A stretch of 64,000 nt of DNA from the NCBI GenBank assembly GCA_964410905.1, contig CAYPIR010000006.1, positions 26,052 through 90,051 on the forward strand, read 5' to 3'. The notes beneath the pieces are model-generated. The model searched no databases. It was not told the origin of the DNA and saw only the letters and a program-made list of their open reading frames with translations. Positions 48,051 to 57,652 of the stretch are shown one piece after another; positions within the stretch are counted from its first letter, which is position 1, and every line of letters begins with the position of its first letter. This DNA is from an uncultured bacterium. GTDB taxonomy: Bacteria > Omnitrophota > Omnitrophia > Omnitrophales > Aquincolibacteriaceae. Both the position numbers and the translations under genes were made by a program.

Positions 48051-48608
48051 TTACGGATTTTTATTTATTTTTAAATAAAAAAATCCAAGCAAAGTTTTGC
48101 CGTCAATAATTTTCTTTTCTCGAATCATTTTATCAATCTCGGGAGAAGAAAATTCTCGAACTTCTAAATCCTCATCTTCATCACACGGCATTCTGGCGCG
48201 AGTGAAATTTTCCGCTAAATACATAACCATTTTTTCTCCGGATATGCCGGGAGTAGGATAAAATTCAAAAAGTTTTTTAAGTTTCCGAGGACGCATGGCA
48301 ATTTCTTCCATCAATTCTCTTTTTGCCGCGGCGGTGAAGGATTCGTTTTTTTCTCTTCCTCCCGCCGGAAATTCCCATATCTTTTTTCTGAGCGGGAAAC
48401 GATACTGCCGAACCAATAGATATTTTCCATCGGCAGTTTTGGGAATCATCACAACGCAGCCAGGATGTTCGATAACTTGCCTTGATAAAATTTTTCCGGC
48501 AGATGTTTTGATGTCGCAATCAACCAGTTTGACCGCGCCTTTAGAAAACACAACGCGCTTTTTTATGGTTTGAAATGTTTTTTGGGATTTTTTTATAACG
48601 GAGGACAT
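48051..48608 (-). CDS. NUDIX hydrolase
   Basis: Nudix box GGREKNESFTAAAKRELMEEIAM (GX5EX7REUXEEXGU). Confidence 0.75.
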   Translation of the reverse strand: MSSVIKKSQKTFQTIKKRVVFSKGAVKLVDCDIKTSAGKILSRQVIEHPGCVVMIPKTADGKYLLVRQYRFPLRKKIWEFPAGGREKNESFTAAAKRELMEEIAMRPRKLKKLFEFYPTPGISGEKMVMYLAENFTRARMPCDEDEDLEVREFSSPEIDKMIREKKIIDGKTLLGFFYLKINKNP

Positions 48609-48625
48609 GAAAACTAACTTATAGA

Positions 48626-49951
48626 TTAATTGCTGCTCAGAAGTTGGGAGAAATGAGATGTGAAATTAGGATACGAAGTCGGGATGCATTCAGTGTTATT
48701 TATGACAATCGGTCCTTTAGATTTTAAACTGGCAATCGCCAAACTCATCGCGGTTCTGTGGTCGCCAAAACTTTCCACTGCTGCTCCATGAAGCTCAGGA
48801 ACGCCTTTTATCAAGGATCCATCAGGAAGCTCTTCAATATTAGCGCCAACCGCTTTTAAATTTTTTACCATAGATTGAATTCTATCAGTTTCTTTTACGC
48901 GAAGTTCCGCCGCGCCTGAAATCAAGCTTTCCCCCTCAGCAAGCGCCATCGCTACCATCAAAATCGGCAACTCATCTATGAGCGAAGGTATTTCTTCATG
49001 CGTAACACCAGTTCCATGCAGTTTTGTGCCGCGTATTCTAATAGTTCCCATTGGTTCGGGAATCGTGTGCGTAATTTGTATTTCTATATTCGCGCCCATT
49101 CTCTTTAAGACTTCTAAAACGCCCGTCCTTGTTGGATTTAACCCTACATTTTTAACTTCAATATCGGAGCTCTCGGTCATTGCCGCTCCGACAATAAAAA
49201 AAGCCGCTGATGAAATATCTCCCGCGACATACGCTGTCAGCGGCAATAACATTTCGGTTTGTTCGATTATGAGATTTTGTTCAACCTTCTGAAATTTGGC
49301 GGCTGTTGATTCTAGAAATCTTTCCGTGTGGTCGCGTGATGGAATATCTTCACGAACAATTGTTCTGCTTTCGGCAAATAACCCGGCAAAAAGTATCGCG
49401 GATTTTATCTGCGCACTGGACAACTTATTATCAAAATCAATACCTCTAAGTTTACCGCCACGGATTGTGAGCGGCGTAAAGTTCGCGTTTTCTTTCCCCT
49501 TTATTTGCGCACCCATTTGCTTTAGAGGCTCAGTAACTCGTCGCATGGGACGAGTTGATAAGGACGGATCGCCGACTAAAGTGGCTTCAAATCGTTGCCC
49601 CGCCAAGATGCCGAGCATGAGCCTTGTCGAAGTTCCAGAATTGCCCAACCAGAGTTCTTTTTCAGGAGCGGCTAAGGAATGTAGCCCTCGTCCAATAATC
49701 TCGACTTTGCCCGTTCCTTTTTTGTGCTCTATCTTAACGCCCATTTGTTGCATGGCGAATAGCGTATTAAGGCAATCTTCCGCTTCGAGAAAATTTTCAT
49801 AATGACTTTCGCCTTCCGCCAAAGAACCAAAAAGAATTGCGCGGTGAGATATGGACTTGTCCCCGGGAGGAGAATAAGAGCCTAAAAGTTTTTTATCATT
49901 AGCGTCAAAGGTGAGAAATGCCATAAAATTATTTGCGGTGGACCCAAACAC
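48626..49951 (-). CDS. aroA: 3-phosphoshikimate 1-carboxyvinyltransferase (EPSP synthase)
   Basis: LGNSGTSTRLMLG, full-length EPSP synthase pattern. Confidence 0.85.
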   Translation of the reverse strand: MFGSTANNFMAFLTFDANDKKLLGSYSPPGDKSISHRAILFGSLAEGESHYENFLEAEDCLNTLFAMQQMGVKIEHKKGTGKVEIIGRGLHSLAAPEKELWLGNSGTSTRLMLGILAGQRFEATLVGDPSLSTRPMRRVTEPLKQMGAQIKGKENANFTPLTIRGGKLRGIDFDNKLSSAQIKSAILFAGLFAESRTIVREDIPSRDHTERFLESTAAKFQKVEQNLIIEQTEMLLPLTAYVAGDISSAAFFIVGAAMTESSDIEVKNVGLNPTRTGVLEVLKRMGANIEIQITHTIPEPMGTIRIRGTKLHGTGVTHEEIPSLIDELPILMVAMALAEGESLISGAAELRVKETDRIQSMVKNLKAVGANIEELPDGSLIKGVPELHGAAVESFGDHRTAMSLAIASLKSKGPIVINNTECIPTSYPNFTSHFSQLLSSN

Positions 49952-50162
49952 GAAGGCGGTCTTGTTCGGCTAAGATTTTATCTTCTCGAGCTAGAATTTC
50001 TTTTTGTTGATTTTCTATCGCTTGAAGGCGAGACTTTATCTCTGATAAATCAGCTAGGACTTGATTAGGAAAATCTGTTTCATTCACAGCAAAAAGAGAA
50101 GAAGGCCCTATCGCAAAAAAAATGAAAATAGCGCACAATATATTACGCGAGGAGAACTTCAT
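49929..50162 (-). CDS. Small secreted coiled-coil protein
   Basis: Signal peptide MKFSSRNILCAIFIFFAIGPSSLFA, then a heptad-like region. Start moved to the internal ATG to avoid a 110-nt overlap. Confidence 0.3.
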   Translation of the reverse strand: MKFSSRNILCAIFIFFAIGPSSLFAVNETDFPNQVLADLSEIKSRLQAIENQQKEILAREDKILAEQDRLRVWVHRK

Positions 50163-51066
50163 CGCCTTCCCAAACTGGATTTGCAGAGTCTTCGTCAAGA
50201 AGAGTGGCCGCGGAAAATTTATCATAAAGTTTTTCAACTTGAATATTCGCAATGGTTTGAGTATTTCTGATGACTTTTAAGCGGTCGCCCATGCGAAGTC
50301 CGTCATTTAGCCCTTGATTGATAACTACAAAATTAAATTTACGATTAACCGTCAAAATCTTTTTATCAGGTATCGCGATAGACGCTGAAGTCGCGGGAAT
50401 AATGGATGTCGCGTTAGAAGAATAATCAGTATCGTAAGAAGTTGTTTGGGGCGTGTCAGGGATAAAAGCCGGCGGGGAATCAGTCCCAAACGATTTCGGT
50501 TGTTGCGTTTGAATTTTCGTGGATGTGATAGGTTTAAAAGACAACTTTTCATCTGTTATTGTTACTTCTCTGGACGGCTTTTCAAAACTCAATTGCTCGC
50601 GTTCCGATGATGAAGTTGAAGCGGTATCTTGTGAAGAAGACGTTAGCCCTTTAAACGCCACTTGATTGGTATCGGCTGGAGTAACTCCACACGCAGCCTG
50701 CGCGTCCTGCGCTTTCTTTTCAAGAACGGTTACCTGCTTTTGCAAATTGGTTATTAAATTTTGATGCGTTTTAAGTTGTTTTTCAAGAGAGCTTTTTTCC
50801 GTATCTAATCTGTTTTGAGCATTTTGAAGTTTTTCAAGTTGAACCTTCATAGCGTCAGCGCGAGCGCGATATTCTTTGCTTCTAGTTTCTAATTCTTCAT
50901 TCGCAGATTGAATCGAGGCTATTTTTTCTTTCGATTGATTATATTTCGCTTCTACTCCGGAACGGACAGTTTGTTCTTTGATTAAATCTTGATACAGATA
51001 ATAAGAACCGCCCGCTGCTAATAATGAAATTATAAAAGCAAAAACCACTCCTAATTTCGAACCCAT
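50143..51066 (-). CDS. Membrane-anchored coiled-coil protein with S/T-rich linker and C-terminal small beta-barrel-like domain
   Basis: N-terminal TM, about 130-aa coiled coil, S/T/P-rich linker, C-terminal GD-x-V rich domain. Confidence 0.4.
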   Translation of the reverse strand: MGSKLGVVFAFIISLLAAGGSYYLYQDLIKEQTVRSGVEAKYNQSKEKIASIQSANEELETRSKEYRARADAMKVQLEKLQNAQNRLDTEKSSLEKQLKTHQNLITNLQKQVTVLEKKAQDAQAACGVTPADTNQVAFKGLTSSSQDTASTSSSEREQLSFEKPSREVTITDEKLSFKPITSTKIQTQQPKSFGTDSPPAFIPDTPQTTSYDTDYSSNATSIIPATSASIAIPDKKILTVNRKFNFVVINQGLNDGLRMGDRLKVIRNTQTIANIQVEKLYDKFSAATLLDEDSANPVWEGDEVLLA

Positions 51067-51182
51067 ATTCGCCTCATATTTTTAAGTTTGGCGCCGTGCG
51101 TCATAAAGTATAAAGACAAAATAAATCGGAGAGAGATCGGAGACAAAATCTATGCCGCCAATCTCTCTCCATTTGCTATCAC

Positions 51183-51437
51183 TTAAGAAAGATGCTTGCT
51201 TACAAGCTTTGTCATTTCAAACATATTGACAACTTTTTTACCGCCGAAAACTGGTTTCAATTTCTCGTCAGCATTGATGTTGCGTTTGTTCTTGGTATCT
51301 TGAAGTTTGTTTTTCTTGATATATGCCCAAAGTTTCTTGACAACTTCACTGCGAGGAAGCGGCCCTTTGCCAACTACCGCTGCAAGATCTTCACTTACTT
51401 TCAAAGGTTTCATAAACGCTGAATTTGCTTTCGCCAT
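51183..51437 (-). CDS. SWIB/MDM2 domain protein
   Basis: 84-aa protein matching the SWIB fold pattern (KPLKVSEDLAAVVG...SEVVKKLWAYIKKNKLQD...VNMFEMTKLVSKHL). Confidence 0.6.
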   Translation of the reverse strand: MAKANSAFMKPLKVSEDLAAVVGKGPLPRSEVVKKLWAYIKKNKLQDTKNKRNINADEKLKPVFGGKKVVNMFEMTKLVSKHLS

Positions 51438-51581
51438 ATTGCTCTCTCTCCTTTTTGTTTGACCGTATCGTCAAATTTGAACGATCAAATTTGAGTTACA
51501 CGGCTTTGCTGGTTTGTATGCTACATTACAATTGGAAAAAATTAAAAGGTTTTCTACTCGAGAAACCTTCCTATTAAAGAC

Positions 51582-52040
51582 TTATTTCGGCTTTGCCAGC
51601 AAAAACTTCAGTTCTTTCATAAAATGCCCGACATCTTGAAAGTCTCGATAAACGCTTGCAAACCGAACATAAGCAACTTGATCAATTTTGGAAAGCTGCG
51701 TCATTATAAACTCGCCGATTATTTTTGACGGCACTTCCCTATCATATTTTTCGCGAATCATAGTTTCAAGTTCATTTGCGATTTTTTCTTGGCTAGCTAA
51801 AGGAACGGGACGTTTTTCACAAGCCTTGTAAACTCCAGAAAGGACTTTTGCCCGCTCATAAGTTTCTCTTCGCTGATCTTTTTTAACAACGAACATCGCT
51901 ATTTCTTCAACTCTCTCATAAGTTGTGAAACGCTTCGCGCACGCGATGCATTCGCGACGACGACGGACAACCTGTCCTTCTTCCGCCACGCGAGAATCAA
52001 CCACTTTATCTGAATCTTCTTTGCAGTATGGGCAGCGCAT
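51582..52040 (-). CDS. nrdR: Transcriptional repressor NrdR
   Basis: MRCPYCK...C-x2-C zinc ribbon plus ATP-cone. Confidence 0.85.
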   Translation of the reverse strand: MRCPYCKEDSDKVVDSRVAEEGQVVRRRRECIACAKRFTTYERVEEIAMFVVKKDQRRETYERAKVLSGVYKACEKRPVPLASQEKIANELETMIREKYDREVPSKIIGEFIMTQLSKIDQVAYVRFASVYRDFQDVGHFMKELKFLLAKPK

Positions 52041-52052
52041 TGAAAATTATCT

Positions 52053-53318
52053 CTATTGCAATTCCGGATAAAGTGGAAATTTTTTAGTGAGCATCTCAAC
52101 TCGGCTTTTAATTTTCATAAGTTCCGTTTCATTTTCGACATTTTTAGTCGCGTCGTCAATTAGCTGAGCGATTAAAACCATTTCCGGCTCTTTCATTCCG
52201 CGAGCTGTAACGGCGGGCGTCCCTAGCCTGACTCCGGAAGCTTTGAAAGGAGATTCTTTGTCGAAAGGAATAGTATTTTTGTTGGCGGTGATTTTAACTT
52301 TATCTAAAAGCTCTTGAACTTGTTTGCCATTGAAACCTTTAATCGTAACATCAACAAGCATTAGATGATTATCAGTCCCGCCGGAAACAATTCTCCAGCC
52401 ACGATTTGCAAGCTCTTCGGCAAGAACCTTTGCGTTTCTAACAATTTGAGCCGAGTAGTCTTTAAACTCAGGCGCAAGAGCTTCTTTAAACGCAACTGCT
52501 TTTGCCGCGATTATGTGCATCAATGGCCCGCCTTGAATACCGGGAAAAACCGCGCTATCAATTGCTTTCGCGTGCTTTTCTTTACATAAAATAAGTCCCG
52601 CGCGCGGACCTCGAAGCGTTTTATGCGTTGTAGTTGTTACAACATCAGCGTATGGAATAGGACTTGGATGATGCCCCGTGGCAACAAGCCCCGCAAAGTG
52701 CGCCATATCCACCATTAAAATAGCGCCGACTTTATCGGCGATTTCGCGGCCGCGTTTAAAATCGATTATTCTAGGATACGCCGACGCGCCCAACAAAAGC
52801 ATTTTAGGTCTCTCTTCTAATGCTAATTTTTCAAGAGCGTCATAATCAATTTGTTCGTTTTTGGGACTAACCCCATAAGGAATTATTGTGTAAAAACAAC
52901 CGGAATAATTCATTTTGTGCCCATGCGACAAATGTCCGCCGTGAGATAAATCCATGCCGAGAATTTTGTCGCCTTTTTCAAGAAGCGCCATAAATACGGC
53001 TATATTCGCGGAAGTTCCGCTATGCGGCTGAACATTGGCATGCTCTGCGCCAAAAAGTTTTTTAGCGCGATCAATCGCGAGTTGTTCTATCACATCCGCG
53101 TTCTCGCAGCCGCCATACCATCTCTTCCCGGGATAGCCTTCGGCGTATTTGTTGGTAAGAACGGAACCCATTGCTTCCAAAACAGAAAGGGATGTGAAAT
53201 TTTCGCTCGCGATCAATTCGATATTTTCATTTTGCCGACGGACTTCGTTTCGTATCGCCTGATAAATTTCAGGATCGCTTTTTTTTAATTGCGTATGATC
53301 AATGATGCTGTTCTTCAT
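52053..53318 (-). CDS. glyA: Serine hydroxymethyltransferase
   Basis: SHMT PLP-site [12 protein letters not shown] and full-length pattern. Start at an internal Met is approximate. Confidence 0.9.
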   Translation of the reverse strand: MKNSIIDHTQLKKSDPEIYQAIRNEVRRQNENIELIASENFTSLSVLEAMGSVLTNKYAEGYPGKRWYGGCENADVIEQLAIDRAKKLFGAEHANVQPHSGTSANIAVFMALLEKGDKILGMDLSHGGHLSHGHKMNYSGCFYTIIPYGVSPKNEQIDYDALEKLALEERPKMLLLGASAYPRIIDFKRGREIADKVGAILMVDMAHFAGLVATGHHPSPIPYADVVTTTTHKTLRGPRAGLILCKEKHAKAIDSAVFPGIQGGPLMHIIAAKAVAFKEALAPEFKDYSAQIVRNAKVLAEELANRGWRIVSGGTDNHLMLVDVTIKGFNGKQVQELLDKVKITANKNTIPFDKESPFKASGVRLGTPAVTARGMKEPEMVLIAQLIDDATKNVENETELMKIKSRVEMLTKKFPLYPELQ

Positions 53319-53754
53319 AAGCCTTAATTTTGTTAACACGGATTTCATGCCGTCCCCTTTCAAATGCTGTCTTTAACCAAGTATCAATTAATGGGAAAAT
53401 AATATGCTGTGGTAAAAAGCCCGCGCCAAGTATAAGCATATTTGAATCGTTGTGCTGGCGAGAAAGCTTCGCTTGTTCAATATTGGAACAAAGCGCGGCA
53501 CGAACGCCTTTTACTTTATTGGCGGCAATCGCGCTTCCGATGCCGGTATAGCAAATGCCTATCGCGCGCAAACACTCGCCGGCGGCAACTTTTTCTGCCG
53601 CTGGGAAAATAAAATCTGGATAATCGCAGGAGTCTTCCGCGAAAGCTCCGCAATCAACCACTCTAAAATTTTTATCTTTTAAAAAATCTATCAAAATATT
53701 TTTGAGTTGAACTCCTCGATGATCTGTAGCTATCGCGATTCTCGGCTTTAACAT
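53299..53754 (-). CDS. rpiB: Ribose-5-phosphate isomerase B
   Basis: RpiB/LacAB pattern ([24 protein letters not shown]). Confidence 0.85.
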   Translation of the reverse strand: MLKPRIAIATDHRGVQLKNILIDFLKDKNFRVVDCGAFAEDSCDYPDFIFPAAEKVAAGECLRAIGICYTGIGSAIAANKVKGVRAALCSNIEQAKLSRQHNDSNMLILGAGFLPQHIIFPLIDTWLKTAFERGRHEIRVNKIKAYEEQHH

Positions 53755-53765
53755 TTGCTTTCCCT

Positions 53766-54839
53766 TTAGTCTATTTGAATAATCCGACTAATGTTTTGAG
53801 TCAGTTTTTTTTCTATTTGAACCAACGTTTTTTCATAAACATCAATACCAAGACCAATGGGGTCTTCTATATCAAGCGTCCAAATTCTATCTTTTACATC
53901 TGGCATTCTTTTAACTATAAAATCCGTGTGCGTCGGCGTCATTGAAACAATTAAATCAGAACTCCATAAATCGCCGTCTTTTAGCGAACAGCTTCTGAAT
54001 TTGCTCAAGTCAATTCCGCGATTCCGCATTACAAACTCAGCTTCGGGGGTGCAAGGAAGCCCGTCCCTAGCCATTGTCCCGCACGATAAAACTTCAATTT
54101 TATTTCCAAGACCTTTTTGCTCAACACAATGTCTAATCCACGCTTCTCCGATTGGCGAACGACAAGTGTTTCCAGTGCAAACAACCAAGATTCGTTTAAG
54201 CGGCGCGCCGTTTGTATTTATTTTTTCAATGAGCTTATGAACATCGGAATGCAAAGCTCCTTCACGCAAAACCGCCGGCTTATCGCCCGCGACATCTACT
54301 ACGGTCGAATCAAGCGCATAATCCGCTCGTCCGCCGTCTATCGCCAAAGCGAAAGATTCACTAGGAAGCGACTTAATCGCGGCATCAACCGTTTTTGGCG
54401 ATGCGCCAGAACTTAAGTTCGCGCTTGTGGCGATAAAAGGACTTCCGACTTCTTCTATTATCGATTGAGCTATTTTATTTTTAGGAAACCGTATGCCTAT
54501 TTTTTTATCATCTTTAGTTGGCATAATCAATGTTACCGGTCCAGGCAAAAAAGTTTGTGCGAAAGTTCGGACAAGCGGAGTCTTTTTTATTTCTAGGGTG
54601 TCAAGCGTAGTCCAATTACTAATATGCAAAGAAAATGGTTTGTTTGTCGGACGGCCTTTTATTTTGTTCAGTTTTTCCGAAACTTCGGGTGTTACAGCGC
54701 TTGAGCCGATACCGTAAACAGTCTCGGTTGGGAAGATAATAAACTCGCCGTTCCGAATAAGACGGGCAATATCGCGAACCCTGTTCTTGTCGGGCTCCCT
54801 AGCATCCAGCTTAATAATTGTCGTCGAACTTTTAACCAT
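53766..54839 (-). CDS. Fusion protein: threonylcarbamoyl-AMP synthase YrdC/Sua5 domain plus low-molecular-weight protein phosphatase (LMW-PTP/arginine-phosphatase-like)
   Basis: N-half FPTETVYGIGSSA (YrdC fold). C-half VVCTGNTCRSPIGEA (CX5R(S/T) P-loop) and DP catalytic Asp. Start moved to the internal ATG at 54839. Confidence 0.7.
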   Translation of the reverse strand: MVKSSTTIIKLDAREPDKNRVRDIARLIRNGEFIIFPTETVYGIGSSAVTPEVSEKLNKIKGRPTNKPFSLHISNWTTLDTLEIKKTPLVRTFAQTFLPGPVTLIMPTKDDKKIGIRFPKNKIAQSIIEEVGSPFIATSANLSSGASPKTVDAAIKSLPSESFALAIDGGRADYALDSTVVDVAGDKPAVLREGALHSDVHKLIEKINTNGAPLKRILVVCTGNTCRSPIGEAWIRHCVEQKGLGNKIEVLSCGTMARDGLPCTPEAEFVMRNRGIDLSKFRSCSLKDGDLWSSDLIVSMTPTHTDFIVKRMPDVKDRIWTLDIEDPIGLGIDVYEKTLVQIEKKLTQNISRIIQID

Positions 54840-54843
54840 TTTT

Positions 54844-55350
54844 TTATTTTCTACGAATTTTATCCTGCAGTTTTTTGTTTTTTTCTTTACACGCCGCGGC
54901 AATGTCTTTTTTGTATTTTTCAATTTTCTTTGTAAGTCTCTTATCCGCTAGCGCCAAAATCTGCGCGGCAATAATTCCGGCATTGCGCGCGCCGGATTTC
55001 CCAATAGACACAGTCGCGACTGGAACTCCGGCGGGCATTTGAACCGTAGAAAGAAGCGCGTCCAAACCGTTTAGCGAAGTCGCTGAAAGCGGAACTCCAA
55101 TTACGGGCAAAGTTGTGTTTGCCGCGACAGCGCCTGCAAGATGCGCGGCAGCTCCTGCTCCTGCTATAAAAACCTTTATCCCGCGTTTCGCGGCGTTTTT
55201 AGCGAGACTGGCAACTTCGTCCGGCGTTCTATGTGCTGACATCACCTGTATTTCATACGCGATACCAAACAAATCAAGCGCGGTCGCGCCTTCCTGCATA
55301 ACTTCCCAATCAGAATCGCTGCCCATTAAAATTGAAACTTGTTTTTTCAT
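54844..55350 (-). CDS. purE: N5-carboxyaminoimidazole ribonucleotide mutase
   Basis: PurE pattern (GSDSDW, MSAHRTP, GAGAAAHLAG). Confidence 0.85.
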   Translation of the reverse strand: MKKQVSILMGSDSDWEVMQEGATALDLFGIAYEIQVMSAHRTPDEVASLAKNAAKRGIKVFIAGAGAAAHLAGAVAANTTLPVIGVPLSATSLNGLDALLSTVQMPAGVPVATVSIGKSGARNAGIIAAQILALADKRLTKKIEKYKKDIAAACKEKNKKLQDKIRRK

Positions 55351-56627
55351 CGCAACACCTCTATGGCCTTTTGTCCAATATCATGGCGATAAAACCCGCC
55401 TTTAAAATGAATATTGGAAGCTAATTTATACGCTTTTTCTCTAGCTAACTTTAGACTTTCTCCAAGCGCCGTTACGGCAAGTACTCGTCCGCCCGAAGTT
55501 ACTATTTGTTTTTTATCATTAAGAGATGTCCCAGCGTGAAAAACAATGGAGTCTTGCTGTCCCTCGCCGTTTTCAAGTCCTGCTATTTCCAAACCTTTTT
55601 CATACGAACCGGGATAACCGCCTGATGCCATAACAATTGTTATGCAAGATTCTCTTTTCCAGTTAAGAGAATCAATAGTTAAATTACCGTCCGCTATTTC
55701 TTTTAATACAGGCAACAAATCAGACTGAAGTCTAGGCAATATCACCTGCGTTTCCGGATCGCCCAGCCTGCAATTATATTCTAATACAAACGGTCCATCT
55801 TTAGTCATCATAACACCGACGTAAAGAACTCCTCGGTATGGCATCCCATCACGCGCAAGACCGTCAATTAACGGACGAACAGCAAGCTCAATTATCGCCT
55901 GCAGTTCTGCGTCCGTTACGCTATTGCTCGGGGAGAACGCTCCCATTCCGCCGGTATTCGGTCCTTGGTCGTGATCGTATGCGCGTTTATGGTCGCGGGC
56001 GGACGCAAGCGGTAAAATCTTTTTCCCGTCTGTTAAAACTAAAACAGAGACTTCCTCACCTTTAAGACATTTTTCAATCACGACTCGTTCGCCCGCCGCG
56101 CCGAAAATCTTACCATCCATTATTTGCGCTATAGCGGTTACGGTTTCTTCTGAACTCTGACAAATAACAACTCCCTTTCCCGCCGCAAGACCGTCCGCCT
56201 TTACCACCGCGGGCATTTCAATTTCAATGGCATAGTGCTTGGCTTCATTAGAATTTGAAAAGACTTCGTATTCCGCCGTGGGAATCCCGTATTTTGTCAT
56301 CATCTCCTTAGAAAAAACTTTGCTCCCTTCAAGAAGCGCCGTTTGTTTGGAAGGCCCAAAAAGTTTCAGTTCTTTTTCAGCAAATTTATCCCAAATACCA
56401 GCGACCAGCGGAACCTCGGGACCGACAACGGTAAGGTCAATTTTCTCTTTCAAAGTGAACGCTAGCAGCTCGTCAATATTGTCCGCGGAAATCGCGACAC
56501 ACTCGGCTATTTGGGATATCCCAGCATTTCCAGGCGCCGCGTACAATTTGGTAAGTTTTGGACTTTGTGCGATTTTCCACGCGAGCGCGTGCTCTCTGCC
56601 TCCGGAGCCGATTAACAAAACTTTCAT
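55347..56627 (-). CDS. purD: Phosphoribosylamine-glycine ligase
   Basis: MKVLLIGSGGREHALAWK and ATP-grasp pattern. Confidence 0.9.
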   Translation of the reverse strand: MKVLLIGSGGREHALAWKIAQSPKLTKLYAAPGNAGISQIAECVAISADNIDELLAFTLKEKIDLTVVGPEVPLVAGIWDKFAEKELKLFGPSKQTALLEGSKVFSKEMMTKYGIPTAEYEVFSNSNEAKHYAIEIEMPAVVKADGLAAGKGVVICQSSEETVTAIAQIMDGKIFGAAGERVVIEKCLKGEEVSVLVLTDGKKILPLASARDHKRAYDHDQGPNTGGMGAFSPSNSVTDAELQAIIELAVRPLIDGLARDGMPYRGVLYVGVMMTKDGPFVLEYNCRLGDPETQVILPRLQSDLLPVLKEIADGNLTIDSLNWKRESCITIVMASGGYPGSYEKGLEIAGLENGEGQQDSIVFHAGTSLNDKKQIVTSGGRVLAVTALGESLKLAREKAYKLASNIHFKGGFYRHDIGQKAIEVLR

Positions 56628-57652
56628 TCTACGGTAACTCCTGTTTGTTTAACTATCTCGCCAACTATCCATGATTTGAGTTTAAATTTTTGAAGAATTT
56701 TTTGCGCGGCAGAAACTTCTTTTTTATCAAGGATAACCGTCATTCCAATTCCCATATTAAATGTCTTATACATTTCGTGATCGGATATATTCCCCGCGAC
56801 TTGCGCGATTTTAAAAATCTCCGGAACAGTCCATGCGAACTTATTTATTTTCGCTCCAAGTCCTTTAGGAAAAACCCTAGGCAGATTATCATAAAATCCG
56901 CCGCCCGTAATATTCACAATCCCTTTTAGAGCTATTTTCTCCAAAAGCGCAAGAATTGGCCGGACATAAACTATTGTCGGTGTTAATAATTTTTTTCCAA
57001 TCTCGCCCTTCAATTCCTTTTCGGAAAAAATCTTTCTAAGCAAAGAATATCCATTGGAATGAAACCCTGATGACTGAATACCAAGTATCAGATCGCCGAA
57101 TTTAATCTTTTCGCCAGTTACAACTTTTTTACGGTCAACTGCGCCTACAGAAAAACCGGCTATGTCATATTGCGCAGCAAGATTTTTTCTATTATCCGTG
57201 TAAAAACCCGGCATTATCGCGGTTTCGCCGCCGACAAGAGCGCATCCTGCTTGACGACAGCCATCTGTTATTCCTTTTAAAACTTCTCCGATAATTTTTG
57301 TCTCAAATTTTCCAGAGGCATAATAGTCCAAAAAGAAAATTGGCCGTGCGCCTGTCGTAATGAGATCATTTACGCACATCGACACCAAGTCAATTCCTAT
57401 TGTGTCGTGCTTACCCAAAAGCCGCGCGAGCTCAAGCTTTGTTCCAACACCGTCAGTCGAGGCTACAAGAAGCGGGTCTTTTATACCGGTTTTCTTTAGA
57501 TCAAAAAGAGAGGCGAACCCAAGCGTGTTTCCCATTACACCCGAATTCCGCGTGGAGCAAATCATGGAAGAAATTTTTTTGTTATACGCGTCATCGCCTT
57601 TTAAATGCGGAACGCCTGCTTTTTCGTATGTCCAACTCATAGTTTGCAGCAA
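56624..57652 (-). CDS. purM: Phosphoribosylformylglycinamidine cyclo-ligase
   Basis: AIR synthase pattern (STDGVGTK). Confidence 0.9.
   Translation of the reverse strand: MLQTMSWTYEKAGVPHLKGDDAYNKKISSMICSTRNSGVMGNTLGFASLFDLKKTGIKDPLLVASTDGVGTKLELARLLGKHDTIGIDLVSMCVNDLITTGARPIFFLDYYASGKFETKIIGEVLKGITDGCRQAGCALVGGETAIMPGFYTDNRKNLAAQYDIAGFSVGAVDRKKVVTGEKIKFGDLILGIQSSGFHSNGYSLLRKIFSEKELKGEIGKKLLTPTIVYVRPILALLEKIALKGIVNITGGGFYDNLPRVFPKGLGAKINKFAWTVPEIFKIAQVAGNISDHEMYKTFNMGIGMTVILDKKEVSAAQKILQKFKLKSWIVGEIVKQTGVTVE

Noticed and set aside
48055-48086. Near-perfect AT-rich hairpin ggattttt...aaaaatcc as a possible terminator
   Set aside because: It lies within the last 11 codons of the NUDIX gene and is not followed by a U-run on either strand. 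Probably a coincidental codon-level palindrome.
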